A stretch of 64,000 bases of DNA from a candidate division WWE3 bacterium UBA1401 (lineage in GTDB: Bacteria > Patescibacteriota > WWE3 > UBA101185 > UBA10185), in the NCBI GenBank assembly GCA_002305115.1, contig DBQF01000001.1, positions 92,447 through 156,446 on the forward strand, read 5' to 3'. Within the stretch, counting starts at the first letter, position 1, and each line of letters opens with the position of its first letter. Shown piece after piece: positions 47,096 to 57,008 of this stretch. The notes under the pieces were generated by a model that was given only the letters and a program-made list of their open reading frames with translations, was not told the DNA's origin and did no database searches. The translations under genes and the position numbers were made by a program.

Positions 47096-48285
47096 ACCTT
47101 ATACCTTTCAATTAATGCCAGCGCAACCCAGAATAGCAAAGTGGTACTAACTGTAGGCCAACCAAACATATTCGTTATGGCTAGGCCTATGAGTGCAGGG
47201 GTTGCAGTAGGATGTCTGGTTTTTAGTCCGTAGCCTAGTATGAGTAAATAAGAGCTTAATCCCAACAAACCAACTTCAGAGGCTAATTCCAGATAATAGT
47301 TATGTGGTTTGTTTAGGATAAAATTCCATTCAGAAGCCATATTCATACTTTTTGGACGAAACTGTTGGAATTCATATGGGAAAGTTTGTAACCCCGAACC
47401 TATTAGAAGTATTTTTGGTGAGGATATGATTAGCTTAAGAGTTCCTTGCCACATGCCCTTTCGAATGTAGCCCGGATCGGAAATTGTGTAATTGTTATGG
47501 TTGTACGTAGTTTGGGCAATGGGAGTATCTACCAGGGTATCTTTTACTCTACTTCCAAATATCCCGGGCCAAAACAAAGCAATGACCAAGGGAACCCCAA
47601 GCATAAACATCAGCTGTTTTTTTGTAAACTTATTTAAAACGATGCTTGTTATTAGCATTAGTGCGAAGCCAAGTATGCCTGACAGTGAGTATGTAAACCA
47701 AAGTCCCATAGTGCTTACTATATAAAGCATCCAGTAAATTTTGTGGTTTTGTAGTTTTGGAAGCACAAACGCTATACCCATGACTAAGAATGCCGCAGCC
47801 CAATTAGGCTGTCCTAATGTGCTATATGCCCGGGTTACTCCTGTGCAATGCTGATATATTGCTACAGCTGCCACTGAACCGAGTATTGCAGGTAGAAGTT
47901 TGTTAACAACACCTTCAATACGGGAATTTAACAAGGCTAGATAGATGCCAAAAAAGATTAAGACGGAAACAAGCCCGCCATTAAACCGTGAATAATAGCC
48001 CCATACAGATGTGTATACATGGCTTGATGTCAGTGTGGCTATAATCATTGCCCCAACAAACCCCAATGTTACAGCCGGGGGCTTAATATAGAAACGTTTG
48101 ACATTAATAAGTTTTAGGATAAACAGGACAATCAGTAAAATTCCTGTTATATAAACAAAAAAGGTTTTTGGGAACTCAAACAACTCCTGGGTGTTTCGTA
48201 CAGAAATCAGCGGTGCTAAAAGTAGCACAGCAATAAGCAGATGTGCTACTTTCTCAAACGTGCTCATTGACGACTTATTTTCCAT
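47080..48285 (-). CDS. O-antigen ligase-like membrane protein
   Basis: ELFEFPK, RAYSTLGQPNW, GSG..TF, NKPHNYYL; start set at MENK. Confidence 0.82.
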   Translation of the reverse strand: MENKSSMSTFEKVAHLLIAVLLLAPLISVRNTQELFEFPKTFFVYITGILLIVLFILKLINVKRFYIKPPAVTLGFVGAMIIATLTSSHVYTSVWGYYSRFNGGLVSVLIFFGIYLALLNSRIEGVVNKLLPAILGSVAAVAIYQHCTGVTRAYSTLGQPNWAAAFLVMGIAFVLPKLQNHKIYWMLYIVSTMGLWFTYSLSGILGFALMLITSIVLNKFTKKQLMFMLGVPLVIALFWPGIFGSRVKDTLVDTPIAQTTYNHNNYTISDPGYIRKGMWQGTLKLIISSPKILLIGSGLQTFPYEFQQFRPKSMNMASEWNFILNKPHNYYLELASEVGLLGLSSYLLILGYGLKTRHPTATPALIGLAITNMFGWPTVSTTLLFWVALALIERYKVCAAN

Positions 48286-48310
48286 ATTGCTATTATCATA
48301 ACAGCCCGCG

Positions 48311-48877
48311 ATGTTTTCTAAAATCTTAGTAAAACTCATAGACCAGTCTGTACTACCTGCCATCTTGCTACTTTCTGTTCGGTTAATCTCTGTAACTTTG
48401 CTTGCTAATCACTTTGGCATCATGTTCGAAGTTGGGTTCTCTGGCTTTGTGTTTGATTCCCAGACGGATTATATCTTAATTAACTCTTACTCACTCTTGT
48501 TTATGGTAATGGCGCTTATGTTAGGGTTGGCATATGTACTGCTTAAATCCCTTTTAATGCACGATACCCATATTTCTCCCAGTATGACAGCTAAGTTATT
48601 TACACTAAAAGTGTCTTCGTTAATTCAAAACTCTTTCAATATCTATTCCCAGGGGGTTATCTGGGTTTCTTATTTATACTTACTTACTTTGGTTTCCGGG
48701 CTTATGCTGATGTTTCATTTGTTATATGCGTGGGTTTTTTATGTTTCCTTAGCAGGTTCTATTATTTCAACAGTTATTTTTATTCTGGATTTTGAGCGAG
48801 AGTTACAGCTTGCTCAGGGTGAAAAACAAATGTCTGATGAAGATTTTGCCTTAAATTTTGGAGATGAATATGTCTAG
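48311..48877 (+). CDS. Hypothetical membrane protein
   Basis: 188 aa, 4 TM segments. Confidence 0.7.
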   Translation: MFSKILVKLIDQSVLPAILLLSVRLISVTLLANHFGIMFEVGFSGFVFDSQTDYILINSYSLLFMVMALMLGLAYVLLKSLLMHDTHISPSMTAKLFTLKVSSLIQNSFNIYSQGVIWVSYLYLLTLVSGLMLMFHLLYAWVFYVSLAGSIISTVIFILDFERELQLAQGEKQMSDEDFALNFGDEYV

Positions 48878-49091
48878 TAACGTTAAGAGAGTTTGCGCTA
48901 ATTCTGCTTTGGTAGTCTTGCTGTTGGGTATACTTATTACACCCGTCGCTTCTGTAGCCCTGATGAAGCTAAAAGCCCCGTCCACCCAGGTTCTGTCTTC
49001 GCAAAGTATGTATGAAGAAATAGTGGAAGCACCTGAATCAACAGAATCGAGCGTAACAATTCCTAGCTACCTGATGGTAGAAGGTAAATAA
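48858..49091 (+). CDS. Small membrane-anchored protein
   Basis: One TM segment; probable start ATG 48870. Confidence 0.5.
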   Translation: MEMNMSSNVKRVCANSALVVLLLGILITPVASVALMKLKAPSTQVLSSQSMYEEIVEAPESTESSVTIPSYLMVEGK

Positions 49092-50010
49092 TCCCCAAAA
49101 CCGTAATAATCCAAAATAGTACAGTATTAAGTAATGGTTTATCGGATAAAAGTACCCGCTCAGGAGATTCTGCGTCTTCTTTCTCGTAAATTACAAACAG
49201 ATATCTGGCAACACCGTAAATTACCATCGGAATGGTAAGCATCATCCATTTGGGGCTTTTAAGAATCGAAGGTAGGATAGATGTGAATACGCCCTGTGTA
49301 TGCTGGGGAGACACCTGGAAAGTGAATAGTGCGTATGTGATTATACAGAAAGTGGCAGACATGGAAATCATGCTGTCTAGCAAAGTATCTGGATAGTGTC
49401 TTAAGGTTTTTCTGGTTTCTCCGCCTACGATATTACCCAGATGTTTTGCAAGAATTGTTTTTTCAGACCTTCTTTTGCCAAATGCCATCAGGAGTGATAA
49501 TCCGATGGTTGTAAGAATTAGCCAAGAGGATAGGGAGGTGTTGGAGGCAAACCCGCCTGCAAAAACTCTGATTACAAAACCTGTTGCCACAAATAAGGAA
49601 TCTAGAATGATGACATTTCTGATATGTAGTGAATAGCCTAGTTGTATCAACATATAAAAGATAATGGCTAGAGTGAAAAATGTGCCAATATAAAAAACAG
49701 AGTAAATAACTGTGCCGATGATTAAGGTAAAAGCTATGATCCAAGCCGTTTTCTCTGTTAATTTTCCGGAAGCTATTGGCCGGTTTTTCTTGATCGGGTG
49801 AGTTCTGTCTTTGGGTGCGTCAATAATGTCGTTTACAAAATAAGCACTGGAAGATACAAGACAGAATGCGATAAAAGCCTGAATTGTTGCGGTAAAGACT
49901 TTGGGTTCGAAGATGTTACCCGCAAACACAGGTGCGGCAAAGACTGTGACGTTTTTAAGCCATTGCCTTGGGCGAGCGGTTCTTATGATTTGATAGATGG
50001 TGTTAAGCAC
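49063..50010 (-). CDS. UbiA-family decaprenyl-phosphate phosphoribosyltransferase-like protein
   Basis: RPRQWLKN, NDIIDAPKDR.HP.K..RPIASG, GKRRSE; start set at GTG 50010. Confidence 0.9.
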   Translation of the reverse strand: MLNTIYQIIRTARPRQWLKNVTVFAAPVFAGNIFEPKVFTATIQAFIAFCLVSSSAYFVNDIIDAPKDRTHPIKKNRPIASGKLTEKTAWIIAFTLIIGTVIYSVFYIGTFFTLAIIFYMLIQLGYSLHIRNVIILDSLFVATGFVIRVFAGGFASNTSLSSWLILTTIGLSLLMAFGKRRSEKTILAKHLGNIVGGETRKTLRHYPDTLLDSMISMSATFCIITYALFTFQVSPQHTQGVFTSILPSILKSPKWMMLTIPMVIYGVARYLFVIYEKEDAESPERVLLSDKPLLNTVLFWIITVLGIIYLLPSGS

Positions 50011-50115
50011 TCTTAGATAATAGGGGTAATGTGAAGTAAGTGCAAGTCGGGAATGACTGCTAACTTCTAACATACTTCCTACAAGGCAAGGTCCGACCTT
50101 CTTATGTAACGTTAT

Positions 50116-50180
50116 GCAATTTTCTATAAGGCTGGGGGTGGTCCCTTATGTCAAACATACCTTTGACTGACATAACAGCC
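50116..50180 (-). repeat. Dispersed ~65 bp repeat, copy B
   Basis: Reverse complement aligns with 41426-41491. Confidence 0.7.
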
Positions 50181-50181
50181 C

Positions 50182-50880
50182 CTACTGGCAGTGCGCCTGG
50201 GGCTCGTCCTCACTACGCTTCAGTCGGTATCCTTGGCCGTAAATCGTTTCAATAAACTTTTTCTTTGTAGCTTTCCTAAGCTTCTTGCGCACTGCGTTAA
50301 CAAGTACATCTATGCTATTAGAACTTATCAGTTCACTTTTTTGCCATATCGCAGCAAACAACCTGTCTCTACTTACTATTTGTTCGGCATTACGCATAAG
50401 ATATTCCAGCAACCTATACTCTTTCTTTCTTAGGCCAATGGTTTTATTATCTACACAAAGGGTACGCTCTTCCTTGCACAAGTGTAGGCCTCTATAACTA
50501 AGGGTAGTTACATATGTTGTTTTAGGGATTCGCCTAAGTAACGCATCTGTTCTGGATAGAAGCTCTTTGAAGGAAAACGGTTTGGTGAGATAATCATCGG
50601 CGCCTACGTTAAAACAACTGAGCTTAGAGTCCAGACGTGCATCTCCCGTAAGGATAATTACCGGCACATCTATGCCCGAAGCTCGCAAATTCTTGCACAC
50701 CTCATCTCCATACAAATCGGGTAGCTTAAGATCAATAATAATAAGGTCATAAGGAGAAATCTGCGCCAGATAAATACCATCTACGCCATTAGGACAAATA
50801 TCCGCAGTGTAGTAAGGGGCGAAGCTTTTTTGTAGTGTCTCAGCCAAATCTATGTCATCTTCAATTATGAGTATCCTCAC
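50182..50880 (-). CDS. OmpR/PhoB-family response regulator, no adjacent kinase
   Basis: ILIIEDD, DLKLPD..G, GADDYLTKPF, IETIYG.GY. Confidence 0.93.
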   Translation of the reverse strand: MRILIIEDDIDLAETLQKSFAPYYTADICPNGVDGIYLAQISPYDLIIIDLKLPDLYGDEVCKNLRASGIDVPVIILTGDARLDSKLSCFNVGADDYLTKPFSFKELLSRTDALLRRIPKTTYVTTLSYRGLHLCKEERTLCVDNKTIGLRKKEYRLLEYLMRNAEQIVSRDRLFAAIWQKSELISSNSIDVLVNAVRKKLRKATKKKFIETIYGQGYRLKRSEDEPQAHCQ

Positions 50881-50980
50881 AAAGATATTTTAGTACTCAC
50901 TCTAATTCCAAGGCAAAATGTCGGAATGTCTGTTGAATTGAATTTGTGCTATGAACGTTATATAGTAGGGTTTACTATTT

Positions 50981-51451
50981 ATGCTTCTTACACCTCACAC
51001 TATAGTTGGAGTTGCTATAGGAGCTACAGTTCAAGATCCTGTAGCTGCCGGAGCTATTTCCTTGAGTATGCATTTTTTAGGGGATTTAGTGCCTCATTGG
51101 GATTTCTTTTCCCATACAACTCATGAGCAAAGAAGAACCGGTTGGCGTCCTATTGCTGTTATGTTTGATATGGCTGTGGGTATTTGTATTGGGCTTAGTG
51201 CAGTTTTATATGCTTTATGGGTACTAAATAGCCCTATAATAGCGGTAAGTATTTTTGTTGCCGGTATTGCAAGTGTTTTGCCTGATGCAATCGAAGCTCC
51301 TCTTATTTATTGTGGTAAAGATATAGCTCCCGCTGTTACTAATGTTCAAAGAAGACTTCAATTCCAAGCACCATTGCCTTGGGGTTTACTTACCCAGGCT
51401 GTGGTAATTGTACTTTCTGCTTTTGTGATTTTAAATTCATTAAAACTATAA
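50981..51451 (+). CDS. Membrane protein with metal-dependent-hydrolase-like motifs
   Basis: TPH..VG, HFLGDLVPHWD, LPD. Confidence 0.7.
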   Translation: MLLTPHTIVGVAIGATVQDPVAAGAISLSMHFLGDLVPHWDFFSHTTHEQRRTGWRPIAVMFDMAVGICIGLSAVLYALWVLNSPIIAVSIFVAGIASVLPDAIEAPLIYCGKDIAPAVTNVQRRLQFQAPLPWGLLTQAVVIVLSAFVILNSLKL

Positions 51452-52856
51452 AAGATGCAGCTAGACCGCTTAAGGTAAGTACTGTTAATACTGTGTATCT
51501 TTGTGCGGAAAGAATACCTATCAAGCCAAACACTAGTGTAGTTAAAATGTAGAAAGATGCAATTTTCTGAGGTGTCCAGCCTCGCCTAAGCAGGATATGG
51601 TGCAAATGGCCTTGATCTCCTTTAAAAGGGCTTTTCTTATGAATCAGTCTTCTAACTACTGTTACTGCCCCATCCAGGAAGGGTACCAGCAAAATCAGTA
51701 TAGATGTGGCAATTTTGCTGTTATTAAGGATAGATAGTGATGTTAGCACTATACCTGCGGCTATTGCTCCAAATCCCCACATGATTTTTGAAGGGTGCCA
51801 GCTATGCGGTAACATGCCAAGGCTTGCTCCGGCGGCTATTATAGCCATCTTAGCCCAGCCCAGATGCATAGGTTCTACTTCTGTAAATCTTAAAGAGAGT
51901 GCAGCTACCATAATAAATGCAATGCCCATCATACCTGAGTATTGGCCATCTACACCGTTAGACCAGGACAGCAAATTAAGTACCCAAGTGATCCATATAA
52001 CAGTTAGCGGTATTGCTAAAAATGTTGGGAATCCAAGGTTTCCGTCCAGAGGGTTGTTAATAAAATCAATTGTTATGCCCGACAGCGGGATGATACTCAC
52101 AACTGTAATTAAGGCAATTAGCCTAAGCACCGGACTCTCAAGCATTCTAAGTTTAGATTTTGGATGAGTGTTCTGATAGTCGTCAAGTAATCCCACCAAA
52201 GTTACTACAAAAGTGACCATAAGAATGGTTACAATTTCTTTAGTCATTTCTACGAATAATGGTGTTACTGTTAATAATGCTGTAGTAAAAACCGCACCTC
52301 CCCCTCTGGCGGAAGGCATCTTAAGGACCATCCCTGGGTGTGTATGCTTTGCTGGATCTGTAATGAGATTTTTATCTTTCGCCAGTTCAATAAACCTTGG
52401 TGTAACAAAGTACACTAAAAGGACACTTGTAACGAATGGAACTAATAACTCTAGAAAGTATGGATTTAATATAGGCCGTGTGGGTGTGGAGGCAATGCTT
52501 ACAATGCGAAATATTGAATAAGACAGTATGACAGACGTGTATGTGATAACAAAAAAGATAATGTTTGTACCATATCTTAAATAAGTTTTCCTGGCATATG
52601 CGGAAAATATAATTCCCAAAACTAAAATGGTAGCTAATACTGTAGGAATTAAGAATATACTTGTCTTATCTGCTAGCTGCGGTTTGCCCCAGGGTTTTGT
52701 GTACCACAGGGGTATTTGATCATTTAGAAACTCAATACGCAGGTTTAAATAGATGAACTGTACCACGATAATAGTCAGGTTTACGGCAATAAGAGGTATA
52801 GAGGGTGCTAGTAGGTCTTTTATTTTTTTGGTAGTAACTACCTTTTTTAAATTCAT
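51390..52856 (-). CDS. WecA/MraY-family polyprenyl-phosphate HexNAc-1-P transferase with an extra N-terminal 3-TM domain
   Basis: RGGG, GLLDD, NGVDG, PSKIMWG, GDQGHLHH; N-terminal IPLWY..PWG. Confidence 0.88.
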   Translation of the reverse strand: MNLKKVVTTKKIKDLLAPSIPLIAVNLTIIVVQFIYLNLRIEFLNDQIPLWYTKPWGKPQLADKTSIFLIPTVLATILVLGIIFSAYARKTYLRYGTNIIFFVITYTSVILSYSIFRIVSIASTPTRPILNPYFLELLVPFVTSVLLVYFVTPRFIELAKDKNLITDPAKHTHPGMVLKMPSARGGGAVFTTALLTVTPLFVEMTKEIVTILMVTFVVTLVGLLDDYQNTHPKSKLRMLESPVLRLIALITVVSIIPLSGITIDFINNPLDGNLGFPTFLAIPLTVIWITWVLNLLSWSNGVDGQYSGMMGIAFIMVAALSLRFTEVEPMHLGWAKMAIIAAGASLGMLPHSWHPSKIMWGFGAIAAGIVLTSLSILNNSKIATSILILLVPFLDGAVTVVRRLIHKKSPFKGDQGHLHHILLRRGWTPQKIASFYILTTLVFGLIGILSAQRYTVLTVLTLSGLAASFIVLMNLKSQKQKVQLPQPG

Positions 52857-54406
52857 CTGACTTTTGGTGTGTGATAAAGGTCTTTCATTTTCTTACCAAG
52901 GAGCATTCTGGTTTGTGCATCCACAAAGGGAATAAATGAATAGGTTAATAAGTTGACTATGACTAAAAAGCCTTCCAGGAATCCTAAAGTCTTGCGCCAA
53001 AACGGCCAATTTTCAGGCATGGGTTTGGCGATCTTAGATCTATAGATGGCATTGGGTATAAGAAAAACCATAGTAAGTGTAAGTATATAACTCATCATAT
53101 CTGGTAGGCTATAAGCAAAGCTACTTTGCTTTAGATCGGGGTTTATTCTGGTGGCAAAGCCGAATCCGAAGGTGATTAAGAACACAATGTTTATAAGCAT
53201 TACTCTGGTTTTGAAGTGGTCATATATCCATACTAGTTTCTTGCTTAGGGCTACCTTAGTATCAAGTAAGAATCTTTCCACAGAAAACGGCACTTCTATT
53301 ACTCCCCAGCCCCATCTTAATAACTGTTTATACAAACTCTTGTAAGATGTCCAGTATGTGTCTCCTTCTACTGCATCTGCTGAATACGGAATATAGTGAG
53401 TTGCCAGCTTAAAGTCTCCGTTTCTAATAAAAAATGCCCTCCAGAAGAATATCGTATCGTCAACACCTAACGATACATCCCAATAACATGCGTCGATAAG
53501 TGTTTGGAGTGAGACAGAGTAAGCAGCAAATGTGTCTTTTGTACTTTCAGAAATGCCCCATGGTAAGCTTCTGCTTGATAAAGTCCCAAGAGTTACAAAG
53601 TTTGCCTCAATTCGCATCATGGCAGGTACTTTCCAGTGGTTATTGTTAAATAAGTGAACCGCTGTGGCATAAAAGTGATGATCTCTTTTGTCAATTGTTA
53701 AATATAGATGTGCTAGCCTGGCCAAATAGTTTTTGTTTGGTACATGATCTGCATCAAAGGTAGTGAAAATATAGTTACGCAAATTTTCTCCTTGCTGTGT
53801 TAATTCTTCTACCGCGTGTTTTGCCCCCCAGGTTCTATTAGCGGCACCCGCTCCTATGGCTTCTCCCGGGATACCAGCGGGGTGTATGTAGATTAATACT
53901 CGTTCAAACTTATCTTTTCTGTCACCAAGAATATTTAAGATAGTCTTTTTTGTTTGTTCTGCGTACTTTTCTTCTAGGGTATACACCAGAGTTATCTTAT
54001 CTGTAGGAAAAGTCTGATTTAGCAAAGCTTCCAACGGTTCTCGTAACACTGCTTCAGGCTCGTTTACTGCTGGAATTAAAACCAGGTGTTTTGTTTCTTG
54101 TAAAGATGGAGGCAAGGTCATCTTTTCCGGTAACTGGTCAAAATCTAATTCTTGGCACTTTTGCCACCAGTCGGTAGCCATTTCCCTTTTATATTTGGGA
54201 AAGCCTAATACTAGACCCAAGGTGTGCCTAATAGCCATGTAAGACCAATATACCGTCAAAAAAGTAAGCATGTAAATAACTGCAGGTGGGTACAATAATC
54301 CAAGCCAGATTGGAGATAACATCATCGTCCAGGTCAGTAATCCCGGCAGCATTTCCAGCGCCCTATGTACTAATTTTGGGTTATTCTTAATTAATTTTTC
54401 TACCAC
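52853..54406 (-). CDS. GT2-family membrane glycosyltransferase
   Basis: DAD (DxD), DD, QLLRWGWG (QxxRW). Confidence 0.88.
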   Translation of the reverse strand: MVEKLIKNNPKLVHRALEMLPGLLTWTMMLSPIWLGLLYPPAVIYMLTFLTVYWSYMAIRHTLGLVLGFPKYKREMATDWWQKCQELDFDQLPEKMTLPPSLQETKHLVLIPAVNEPEAVLREPLEALLNQTFPTDKITLVYTLEEKYAEQTKKTILNILGDRKDKFERVLIYIHPAGIPGEAIGAGAANRTWGAKHAVEELTQQGENLRNYIFTTFDADHVPNKNYLARLAHLYLTIDKRDHHFYATAVHLFNNNHWKVPAMMRIEANFVTLGTLSSRSLPWGISESTKDTFAAYSVSLQTLIDACYWDVSLGVDDTIFFWRAFFIRNGDFKLATHYIPYSADAVEGDTYWTSYKSLYKQLLRWGWGVIEVPFSVERFLLDTKVALSKKLVWIYDHFKTRVMLINIVFLITFGFGFATRINPDLKQSSFAYSLPDMMSYILTLTMVFLIPNAIYRSKIAKPMPENWPFWRKTLGFLEGFLVIVNLLTYSFIPFVDAQTRMLLGKKMKDLYHTPKVR

Positions 54407-54430
54407 GGTTGCAGATTATACTATAGCGGA

Positions 54431-55198
54431 CTACAGGGTTAAAACCGCGCACGTATTTTGATAGGCATGTGTGCTAACTATATCAATGGGCAAGCTTTTT
54501 ATTTCCGCTACTTTCTCCGCCACAATTTTAACATTTTTTGGTTCGTTAACCTGTCCACGCATGCCTTGCGGTGGTAAGTAGGGTGCGTCTGTTTCCAGTA
54601 CAAACTTGTCTAGTGGCACTTGTTTCACAGTTTCAAGTAGTTCTTTTCTGGAAGGATAGGTGATAAATGCAGAAAATGAAATATAAAAGCCCAGCTCTAG
54701 TATGTTCCTGGCAAATTCCCATGAAGATGAGAAGCAATGCAAGATACCAGGTTGCGGTTTATGTTTGCGTAACATCGCTAGTATGTGGTTATCACCATTT
54801 CGGTTGTGAATAGTCAGCGGCAATTTGACCTTTTTAGCTAACTCAATCTGAGCCTCGAATAGCTCTAGCTGTTCTGCTAAAGGCCTGCCGTTTGCCCGTT
54901 TCGAAATGTCTATGCCACATTCTCCTATTGCTACAACTTTTTCCTGTCTGGTTAGTTCTTCTAGTCTTGGCATGAGGTTATTTATTTTAGTTTTCCTGTT
55001 TTCGTGTGGATATACACCTACAGTAGCATAAACTTCCCTAAATAATTGTGCTGTTGTTATTGCTTCCTTACTACTGGTTAACGAGGTGCCAATATTTATA
55101 AATTTGGCAACCCCAACTTTTTTTGCATCACTAACTAGAGTTTGTACATCTTTTGCATATCTGTTGTCTTTTAAATGACAGTGTGAATCGATAAGCAT
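54431..55198 (-). CDS. tatD: TatD-family hydrolase
   Basis: IDSHCH, AIGECGID, IHNR, HCFS, ETDAPYL. Confidence 0.95.
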   Translation of the reverse strand: MLIDSHCHLKDNRYAKDVQTLVSDAKKVGVAKFINIGTSLTSSKEAITTAQLFREVYATVGVYPHENRKTKINNLMPRLEELTRQEKVVAIGECGIDISKRANGRPLAEQLELFEAQIELAKKVKLPLTIHNRNGDNHILAMLRKHKPQPGILHCFSSSWEFARNILELGFYISFSAFITYPSRKELLETVKQVPLDKFVLETDAPYLPPQGMRGQVNEPKNVKIVAEKVAEIKSLPIDIVSTHAYQNTCAVLTL

Positions 55199-55200
55199 AT

Positions 55201-56865
55201 TTATTTTCTTCTAAACATCTTTTCCAGGTCTCCCAATTGCACTTTGATTATAGAGGGCCTGCCGTGTGGACAAGTATACCTGGTTTTTGTTTGTGCCAGT
55301 TTCTTTATAAGTCTTTTTCTTTCTGTTTTAGTTAGTTTTACACCCGCCTTTATAGCACTTCTACACGCGAGATAAGATACAGCTGCTAAAGAGTGGTCAT
55401 TTATAGTTGTGTGTTTAGTGCCGCTTCGAACATCTGCCAGAAAACTTTCCAGTACACTTGGCAGTTCCTGATCTTGTAGAAATGTTGGTACTGCACTTAT
55501 CCTAACAATGTTTGTTCCAAACATATCTATATCAAAACCTAGCTGAGTGAGCAGGTCTAGATGTTCTTGGATAAGAGTACTATCTGTAGACGTAAGTTCT
55601 ACCAGCTCTGGGGTAGTAAGCTGCACTTTAGCGTTGTGTACCTTACTGGTTAAGCTTTCCACCAACTGTTCGTATAAAATTTTTTCATGCGCGGCATGCT
55701 GATCTACTAAGATTATGCCGTCTTTTGCTGGTGTAACAAGATAGGTATTAGCTATTTGAATAATGTCATCCTCATCATAATCAAAAACATCCCACAGCTC
55801 TACCGAATCCTTTAGTGTTTGATAGGTATAAGTAGAAAACGCCGGGTTGCCCGAAAAATCCGTTGTATACATTAAATCGTACTGGTTAAGTGTTTTGGCT
55901 ACGGTTTTTGCGACCAGTTCTGTTATTGCTGATTTGTTAACAAACCGTACTTCTTCTTTTCTAGGGTGTACGTTCACATCTACCATGCCAAAAGGCGCTT
56001 CCACAAATAATACTATTACAGGGTGTTCGCCGTTGCTAAGAAGTGTTTGATAAGTGTGTTCAATATAGGAAGTTAATTCGCAAGTTTTAACATAGCGGTT
56101 ATTTATAAATACAAACTGCTTAGTTTTACTCTTGTAAGTGACCTGTGGTTTTGAAATAAAGCCCCACAACTTGTAGTGAACTGTGTTTTCTGATATAGGC
56201 AATAAGTTAGCAAACACTTGTTTTCCCAGCACTGCCCGCACTCTGTCTTCTGCTGTCTGGAAGTTAGGCAACTCTAAAACGGGTTTCTTATTATGTATTA
56301 GGGAAAAGCCTACTTGCGGGTTTGCTAATGCGTTTGCTGTAACCACATCACTTATGTGTACCAGCTCCGTTTTTGTACTTGTTAGGCTGTGTTTTCGGGC
56401 GGGGGTGTTGTAAAAAATATTTGCCACGGTAACATCTGTTCCTGTCCGCATGCCCACCGGTTTTTCGTTTATAACTACACCTTTTTGTACTTGAACTTCT
56501 GTCCCTACAAGAGCATCTATAGTTTTACTTTTAATTGATAATGTACTTACAGCTGCAATACTGGAAAGTGCCTCTCCTCTAAAACCTAAAGTTTTGATAG
56601 CTTCCAGGTCCTCTAGTGCTAGAACTTTACTTGTGGTGTGAGGCTCAATGCTAAGTTTTATATCTGTGGCATCCATACCGATACCATTATCGGTTACTCT
56701 TATTTTGGATATGCCCGCATTTTCTACTTCAACCTTAATGTTTGTGGCCTGCGCATCTAATGCGTTGTCTATAAGTTCTTTTACTACCGACGCGGGTCTT
56801 TCTATCACTTCACCTGCCGCGGTCCTAGCTATTATTTCCGGTGGCAGTCTGACTATTTTTCCCAT
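55201..56865 (-). CDS. mutL: DNA mismatch repair endonuclease MutL
   Basis: AAGEVIERP, GFRGEAL, DVNVHP.K, DQHAAHE, ACR, CPHGRP. Confidence 0.97.
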   Translation of the reverse strand: MGKIVRLPPEIIARTAAGEVIERPASVVKELIDNALDAQATNIKVEVENAGISKIRVTDNGIGMDATDIKLSIEPHTTSKVLALEDLEAIKTLGFRGEALSSIAAVSTLSIKSKTIDALVGTEVQVQKGVVINEKPVGMRTGTDVTVANIFYNTPARKHSLTSTKTELVHISDVVTANALANPQVGFSLIHNKKPVLELPNFQTAEDRVRAVLGKQVFANLLPISENTVHYKLWGFISKPQVTYKSKTKQFVFINNRYVKTCELTSYIEHTYQTLLSNGEHPVIVLFVEAPFGMVDVNVHPRKEEVRFVNKSAITELVAKTVAKTLNQYDLMYTTDFSGNPAFSTYTYQTLKDSVELWDVFDYDEDDIIQIANTYLVTPAKDGIILVDQHAAHEKILYEQLVESLTSKVHNAKVQLTTPELVELTSTDSTLIQEHLDLLTQLGFDIDMFGTNIVRISAVPTFLQDQELPSVLESFLADVRSGTKHTTINDHSLAAVSYLACRSAIKAGVKLTKTERKRLIKKLAQTKTRYTCPHGRPSIIKVQLGDLEKMFRRK

Positions 56866-56958
56866 ATCACTAATGTATCACGAAATGGTTTTACAATTGA
56901 TCTTTAGATGAGTTTATGATACCTTTAGGCCTGATATAGCAGATAGTTAGTTTGTTTT

Positions 56959-56982
56959 GGTGGGCCGAAGTCCCACCTTTTT
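56959..56982 (+). promoter_or_regulatory. rimP/nusA-leader-type terminator hairpin
   Basis: GGTGGG-ccgaagt-CCCACC-TTTTT, 26 nt before nusA. Confidence 0.65.
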
Positions 56983-57008
56983 AGGCTAATTGGAGTAAAA
57001 TATAAAGT

